Below the pieces are notes generated by a model, which saw nothing but the letters and a program-made list of their open reading frames with translations, was not told where the DNA came from and searched no databases. From Chitinophagaceae bacterium (GTDB lineage: Bacteria > Bacteroidota > Bacteroidia > Chitinophagales > Chitinophagaceae), in contig CANNJE010000013.1 in the NCBI GenBank assembly GCA_947504605.1, positions 1 through 32,000 on the forward strand: a DNA stretch of 32,000 bases, in the 5' to 3' direction. Both the position numbers and the translations under genes were made by a program. Positions 27,701 through 32,000 of this stretch are shown here, in pieces (position 1 is the stretch's first letter; each line of letters opens with the position of its first letter).

Positions 27701-29794
27701 TACGAGTGGTTGGTTAGCGGAATTGCATCTGGCAACAATACAAATACGTATTTATTAGACAATAATTATTTTCCGGGAAGTAGCATCGCGGTTAGAACAA
27801 CCAATAATTTAACAGGATGTGTTAGCAATGGCAATGCTATTGTACCAACTTATAGTCAGGGGGTATTGCAAAATAATACTGCTGCTCTAATAGTATGTGA
27901 TAGTAGCTTCTATGATGCAGGCGGTCCTTCAGGAAATACAGGCAACAGTTTTACCAGAACCTTCACACCGGAAACTCCAGGAAGTAAACTAAAAGTTAGT
28001 TTTTATAAACTCCAATTGGCTAATTTTTCGTCACTGCGCATTTATGATGGACCCACAGTTTCATCAAACAATATCATATCATTGGGTAGTAATAACAATG
28101 GTAATACCCTAAGAGAATTTACCGCTTCAAATCCCGATGGAGTTCTTACGATACAATTTTCTTTAGGCAGCTCTTCTTCAGAAGGCTGGCTTGCAGGGCT
28201 CACTTGTGTTTTACCCCTACAGTTCCGCACAGTAAGTAATGGCGACTGGTTTACACCGTCTATTTGGGAAAGTAAATTACCCTCCGAAACAGTTTGGGCT
28301 GCAGCCAATAGGTTGCCAAATAAAGGCGATGACAGCATTCAAATTAGGCACATTATCAGTATTACACAAGAAGTGCAAACAGATCAGCTAGTTGTAACCA
28401 GCGGCGGAAGAATCGATATTTCCGGATCAGGATATATGAATCTGTTTAAAACAATTTCCGCTCCTGAACTATCTATACATCAAGGAGGTTCATTGAATCT
28501 AGGAAATGGCAGTTTGATTGTAGGGTCTGGGGGAATCATTGAGGTAAGAGGAAACCTTGAAAATAGCGGTGAAATAACAACAGATGAAGTGATCATTAAC
28601 GGCAATACAACACAACAATTGATAAACAATAGCGGAACAGAAAGTGCTATTAAAAAATTGATTATGAACAATGCAGCAGGACTAATAATACAGGGACTGC
28701 ATAAGATTACTGTCTTACAGCTTGACAATGGTTTAATCCTTACAAATACCGATAACACATTGATCATGGATGATGCCAGTGGGGGATCTAATACATCCTA
28801 TATTAATGGCCCTCTTAGATTCAGGGGTAAATCAGGCATGAGTGACAAATTAATTCCAATAGGTAAAAATGGCGTTTATCGTCCAATTCAAATGTCTGCA
28901 AGTAGTGCAGATGGAGAAGGTTTCGCAGTTTTACAAGCCGAAATGATTTCGGGCGCACCTCCCATCCGAACCTTACCAAGCACACTAAACAATGTTTCTC
29001 CTGTGAGGTATTATCAGGTTTCGTCTATTAATAATTCAGTAAATCTGCGTGACTTTACTATCACGCTCCCTTATGGCTTAGACGATGCTGTGCAGGATCA
29101 TACCACCTTAAAAATTGCAAAAGATGATGGCTTAGGCGCATGGTTAGATCTTGAAGGTGTAGCTACAGGACCCATTTCAGGAACAATAAAAAGCAATTCG
29201 TTTAACGGCTTCAGTGATTTTGTATTGGCCAATACCATTACCGGCCCGGTACCCGTAACTCTAATAAGTTTCAGTGGAAGGCTTGCTAACAATATTTCAC
29301 AATTGACATGGATAGTACAAAACGAAATAAACTTATCCGGATATCAAATAGAAAGAAGTACTTCGGGAAGTAATTTCAATAATATAGGATTTGTAAGATC
29401 TCAAGGATTGATCAATTATAATTTTACAGATAACAGATTACCAGTAGGTACCACCATTTATTACCGGTTAAAAATGATAGATTTAGATGGCAGGTCCCAG
29501 TATAGCAATATTATACAATTGCGACCAATAAATATTTCGCAAAGCAGGATTATATCGGTGAATCCCAATCCATTTATTAATTTTTTACGCATTCAATATG
29601 AAAGTAAAACTGATGAAAATATTTACTGTAAGATTTTGGATGTAAAAGGCCGTCTGCTTAAACAACAGTCCTTTGGGGTAAAATCAGGAAACAATCTACT
29701 ATACATTTCAGGTAGCGAACTAACCGCTGGCTTGTATTTTCTACAGTTGAAAAATAAAGAACAGGTGATTACCCAAAAGATCATTAAAAAATAA
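24713..29794 (+). CDS. Secreted multidomain S8 (subtilisin-family) serine peptidase, T9SS cargo
   Basis: 1693 aa. Signal peptide MKHFLLILFFCGIAISALTQ. Catalytic triad contexts VAVIDEGV (D253), SHGTACAGIIAA (H291), GTSSAAPMVSGVAAL (S470) and oxyanion SNSWGG. Followed by Ig/PKD-like modules, a repeat region, a CUB-like module, an unassigned ~340 aa, an Fn3-like module and a Por/T9SS C-terminal domain. Confidence 0.9.
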   Translation: MKHFLLILFFCGIAISALTQQTGNPNSLFYYFGGKKIFLQQSNNHVYIRIKATEEQELQMSIRNTYKLPATSFTPTDNPRFVIISLKDTDKSSNGIINYIKTTGKTELVRPALKAADGKDVIVDEGFYVKLKPTISYNQLVAFVFQKNCLLDKSYKYDNKTYLIKATANNGFDGLEMANIFYESGLFEYAEPDFRMLDILHSTPNDPLYNLQWAHLNTGSVDQGSGTLGADIDVDEAWNITMGSSTIRVAVIDEGVQRTHPDLINNIDPLGFGLTVGNASSGNILATTRSHGTACAGIIAAEANNNIGVAGVAPLSKIIPVNITINTGGTFGTSTQIAQAIDWAWNEGGADILSNSWGGGGASSLIQDAIRRAITLGRSGKGAIVIFSSGNNDAGVSFPAILTETIAVGAMSMCNQRKSVSTCDGENFWGGNYGTGLDISAPGVRIATTRVTGTGTSPNLDYITNFNGTSSAAPMVSGVAALVLSINSQFTQQQVRELLERTSKKVGGYNYLFAQGQPNGSWSSELGHGMVNAKNAVLAAQNPQFCRVEITATGNLQVCSGSNVPLQVTNASNGDTYQWRFNGANISTGTSVNADQTGNYDVILTSNNGCKDTSYPLPVLISAAQGPLLANAGRDTVFCIGAKTFLGAGPSALGGTSILHPMRGIAADLSNNLLIRFNPLQPSLDYKIINTSFIPNFSGGNFFSGGATTPFGLYMISRFNRMLMKIDTATGNAISIGLTISNSSVFFNGMTYDASTEQIFAIATFGSVNQLYEINRISGAATLLGTITGIPSSSTLISLSVDNAGVLYALRLSSVLNVSSSLYTINKLTRAATLVGNTGFLANFSQTADIDPITDKLYQFATSNPLGFSSTSYNGKGLWTLNKTTGLATMVGSVGQPFNSLDALTFARPEYKYQWSPTTNLNNANDANPQFTANTAGTFTYTLTVTDLCGNTANDQVIITVNDSPTPPIINPVNLLLSHRNGFRETLNYTQQANFAYEWLVSGIASGNNTNTYLLDNNYFPGSSIAVRTTNNLTGCVSNGNAIVPTYSQGVLQNNTAALIVCDSSFYDAGGPSGNTGNSFTRTFTPETPGSKLKVSFYKLQLANFSSLRIYDGPTVSSNNIISLGSNNNGNTLREFTASNPDGVLTIQFSLGSSSSEGWLAGLTCVLPLQFRTVSNGDWFTPSIWESKLPSETVWAAANRLPNKGDDSIQIRHIISITQEVQTDQLVVTSGGRIDISGSGYMNLFKTISAPELSIHQGGSLNLGNGSLIVGSGGIIEVRGNLENSGEITTDEVIINGNTTQQLINNSGTESAIKKLIMNNAAGLIIQGLHKITVLQLDNGLILTNTDNTLIMDDASGGSNTSYINGPLRFRGKSGMSDKLIPIGKNGVYRPIQMSASSADGEGFAVLQAEMISGAPPIRTLPSTLNNVSPVRYYQVSSINNSVNLRDFTITLPYGLDDAVQDHTTLKIAKDDGLGAWLDLEGVATGPISGTIKSNSFNGFSDFVLANTITGPVPVTLISFSGRLANNISQLTWIVQNEINLSGYQIERSTSGSNFNNIGFVRSQGLINYNFTDNRLPVGTTIYYRLKMIDLDGRSQYSNIIQLRPINISQSRIISVNPNPFINFLRIQYESKTDENIYCKILDVKGRLLKQQSFGVKSGNNLLYISGSELTAGLYFLQLKNKEQVITQKIIKK
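29546..29794 (+). other. T9SS (Por) C-terminal sorting domain of the S8 protein
   Basis: The last ~80 aa, ISVNPNPFINFLRIQYESK...ILDVKGRLL...LTAGLYFLQLKNKEQVITQKIIKK, fit the type A CTD pattern (PNP..., D..G..., GxY, K-rich end). Confidence 0.8.
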
Positions 29795-29812
29795 GCCAAC
29801 TTCTTTTTTAAT

Positions 29813-29842
29813 AAAAATGCCAGCTAAAAAGCTGGCATTTTT
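29813..29842. terminator. Bidirectional intrinsic terminator between the convergent S8 and GH92 genes
   Basis: A perfect 13-bp stem, AAAAATGCCAGCT (29813-29825) and AGCTGGCATTTTT (29830-29842), with an AAAA loop. The A-run and T-run flanks make it usable on both strands. Confidence 0.8.
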
Positions 29843-29868
29843 ATTAAGCGTTATTTCTTTTATACAAC

Positions 29869-32000
29869 TCATTTTAGCATCACTTCATCAATAAACAAAT
29901 GACTTGCCTGTCCCGCACTTTCATGCCATGCCGGCAATGGTCCACCATTAATTGCTTTTATGCGAATATATTTACCCATAGCATTCACGGTCCCTCCTAA
30001 TTGTTGTACTTGGGTTTCTTTATCCTCATTCAATACCTTATTGGTCACCGTTAGTAAAGGTTTATAATTTATTCCATCATCGCTTATTTCAAATTGCACT
30101 ACTTTAGGATAAATGATCCATGGACTTACGTCCTGCAATACATGTATACCTGCATATGAAAATGTTCTGGCAGTTTTAAACGCAACCACTGCTTCAAAAT
30201 CTTTGGCAAAATAACTTTGCCATTCTCCTGTTTTCCAATTGGTCGTTCCTGCTATGCCGTCAATCAATGCTTCAGGCCCACCTGCACTATACATCGGATG
30301 CACTTCACTTTTTATTAAAATCGTTCTGTCTGTAACTACTTTGTAAAACTGCTGGGATACAATAGGACTTTTTTTGCCACCCTTTAATGCGTAAAAATAT
30401 ACTGTTGTCGCAGCAGTAAGATTAAACGGCTGGGTATACTTTATATAAGCACCTGCTTTTTGCTTTTCTTTTTGCAAACTGTAAAAAATGTCCGCTCCTT
30501 TATCAATATGTTTTAAAACAACCGGTAAGCTTTCTTTGATCTTATTACTGCTCATCTCAAAATATGGTACCGCTACAAAACCATTATCATTAATAGATGT
30601 AACAGGGATATCTACCTCTTTAACACCTCGGGTATAATTAGGGGATGCTCCCATTTCAAAAAACATGGAACCCCCATTCTCTATATCACTATGATTTATA
30701 TAAGTCGCATGGTAAGGCTTATTATTTAGTTTCATATCTTGAACGAAAAAGTTTTTGTCACTTAGCTTATTAGCTTTAACAGTAAATACTTTCCCATTCT
30801 CTTGACGAATATTCACCTCATCAAAAACCGGCGTACCCAAAATATATTGGCCACTTCCGGGTGTTACCGGATAAAAACCCATAGCACTCAACACATACCA
30901 TGCACTCATTTGTCCGCAATCTTCATTGCCAATTAAACCATCAGGATCATTTTTATAAAACTCTTTGCATATTTTATGTACCAGCTCCTGTGTATGCCAT
31001 GGCTGGCCTGCATAATTAAACAGATAAGCCATATGATGACTAGGCTCATTACCTTGTGCATACTGCCCAATAAGACCTGTTACATCGGCCTGTTCTCTAC
31101 CGCTCAATCCTTCATTGGTAGTAAAGAGTTCATTTACTTTTTTTGCAAATTTTTCTTTGCTGCCATACAATTTTATCAAGCCGCTGATATCCTGGGGAAC
31201 AGCAAAACTATAATGCCAGGAATTGCCTTCAGTAAAAAAATTATTAACCTCTGTTGCTTTAAACGGACTGTACCAAAAGCCCTGTACTTTTCCACGAATA
31301 TGACCGCTGGCAGGATCAAATAAATTTTTATACTGTTGAGCCCGAATCATAAATTTTTTGTAAACGGCATCTTTATCAATAGCCTTTGCGTACTGCGCAA
31401 TACACCAGTCATCATAAGCATATTCCATCGTTTTTGAAGCGCTCTCATGATCGTTATCGTTGCTAATAAATCCTTTTTTAATATAATGCTGCAAACCATA
31501 ACGATTGCTTTCTGCATAATCTGTCATCGCTTTAAGCGCCAACTCTGTATCAAAATTTTTGATACCTTTTTGAAATGCATCTGTTATCACAGGAACAGAA
31601 TGGTAACCAATCATACAAAATGTTTCATTCCCGCTCAACTCCCACACAGGAAGCATTCCACCATATTTGTATTGTGCCAAAAAAGTATTAACCCAATCAT
31701 TGGTTCGCTTTCTGTTGATAATTGTCATGAGAGGATGCAAAGCCCTATACGTATCCCATAAAGAAAAAACAGAATAGTTAGTAAACCCGTCTGCACTATG
31801 CACTTTGCCATCTGTGCCCCTGAAATCACCATTTATATCGGTATATACATTAGGGTTTAAGGATGCGTGGTAGAGTGCTGTATAAAAAACAGTTTGTTCA
31901 TCATTTGTACCCCCTTTTACTTCTATTTTACCCAGTTCTTTATTCCAAGTAGATATGGCCTTTTGTTTTACGCTATTAAAGTCCCAGTCGGTTATTTCAG
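29869..32000 (-). CDS. GH92 family alpha-mannosidase-like glycoside hydrolase with a C-terminal discoidin/F5-8-type-C-like module. The 5' end lies beyond the window.
   Basis: FSLWDTYRALHPL, NEDCGQMSAWY and GNEPSHH motifs. The track start at 31803 is an internal GTG. I translated 31804-31998 in the same frame and found no stop (...EITDWDFNSVKQKAISTWNKELGKIEVKGGTNDEQTVFYTALYHASLNPNVYTDINGDFRGTDGKV-HSADG...), so the gene continues past 32000. Confidence 0.88.
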   Translation of the reverse strand, partial: EITDWDFNSVKQKAISTWNKELGKIEVKGGTNDEQTVFYTALYHASLNPNVYTDINGDFRGTDGKVHSADGFTNYSVFSLWDTYRALHPLMTIINRKRTNDWVNTFLAQYKYGGMLPVWELSGNETFCMIGYHSVPVITDAFQKGIKNFDTELALKAMTDYAESNRYGLQHYIKKGFISNDNDHESASKTMEYAYDDWCIAQYAKAIDKDAVYKKFMIRAQQYKNLFDPASGHIRGKVQGFWYSPFKATEVNNFFTEGNSWHYSFAVPQDISGLIKLYGSKEKFAKKVNELFTTNEGLSGREQADVTGLIGQYAQGNEPSHHMAYLFNYAGQPWHTQELVHKICKEFYKNDPDGLIGNEDCGQMSAWYVLSAMGFYPVTPGSGQYILGTPVFDEVNIRQENGKVFTVKANKLSDKNFFVQDMKLNNKPYHATYINHSDIENGGSMFFEMGASPNYTRGVKEVDIPVTSINDNGFVAVPYFEMSSNKIKESLPVVLKHIDKGADIFYSLQKEKQKAGAYIKYTQPFNLTAATTVYFYALKGGKKSPIVSQQFYKVVTDRTILIKSEVHPMYSAGGPEALIDGIAGTTNWKTGEWQSYFAKDFEAVVAFKTARTFSYAGIHVLQDVSPWIIYPKVVQFEISDDGINYKPLLTVTNKVLNEDKETQVQQLGGTVNAMGKYIRIKAINGGPLPAWHESAGQASHLFIDEVMLK

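Noticed and set aside
30976-31761. Plus-strand ORFs of 115 and 104 aa inside the GH92 gene
   Set aside because: They are antisense to strongly conserved GH92 sequence, and their Cys/Ile/Phe-rich composition is typical of shadow ORFs.
1-32000. Search for CRISPR arrays, tRNA or rRNA genes, transposases or integrases, invertible-promoter inverted repeats, and defence-system genes (nucleases, helicases, toxin-antitoxin pairs)
   Set aside because: I could see no regularly spaced repeats, cloverleaf-like sequences, recombinase-like ORFs or unexplained ORFs of 60 aa or more in intergenic DNA. Every long ORF is accounted for by the features listed. This was a by-eye scan, so small ncRNAs cannot be excluded.

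Overview
The window looks like a Bacteroidota chromosome. The evidence is a T9SS-type C-terminal sorting domain, TAnnTTTG-type -7 boxes, a TPR sensor kinase and an AT-rich genome.

Left half (97-15950, almost all minus strand): a Wzx-dependent surface-polysaccharide (O-antigen or capsule-like) locus with three separate activated-sugar branches.
- rmlA-rmlB plus fdtA-fdtC-fdtB, predicted to make a dTDP-3-acetamido-3,6-dideoxyhexose.
- rfbF-rfbG-rfbH plus an SDR reductase, predicted to make a CDP-3,6-dideoxyhexose.
- gmd-fcl, predicted to make GDP-L-fucose.
- Also a Wzx flippase, a GT2 and a GT-B-like glycosyltransferase.
- Two plus-strand paralogous ~12-TM proteins of unknown family (2338-3681 and 16213-17481) bracket the minus-strand core.

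Right half:
- a Uup-like ABC-F ATPase, an HGSNAT-like membrane acyltransferase and an aldose 1-epimerase;
- a TPR histidine kinase and LuxR-type response regulator pair, divergent from a 1693-aa S8 (subtilisin) multidomain T9SS cargo protein;
- a strong bidirectional terminator;
- a GH92 mannosidase-like gene that runs off the right edge of the window.

I see no rRNA, tRNA, CRISPR array, transposase, integrase or recognisable defence genes. I found no demonstrably new system. The best leads are the paired uncharacterised membrane paralogs framing the glycan locus, a canonical iron-sulfur E1 dehydrase (RfbH) with no E3 reductase partner nearby, and the sensor-kinase-adjacent giant protease.

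All family calls come from motifs I recognise by eye. No database search was possible.
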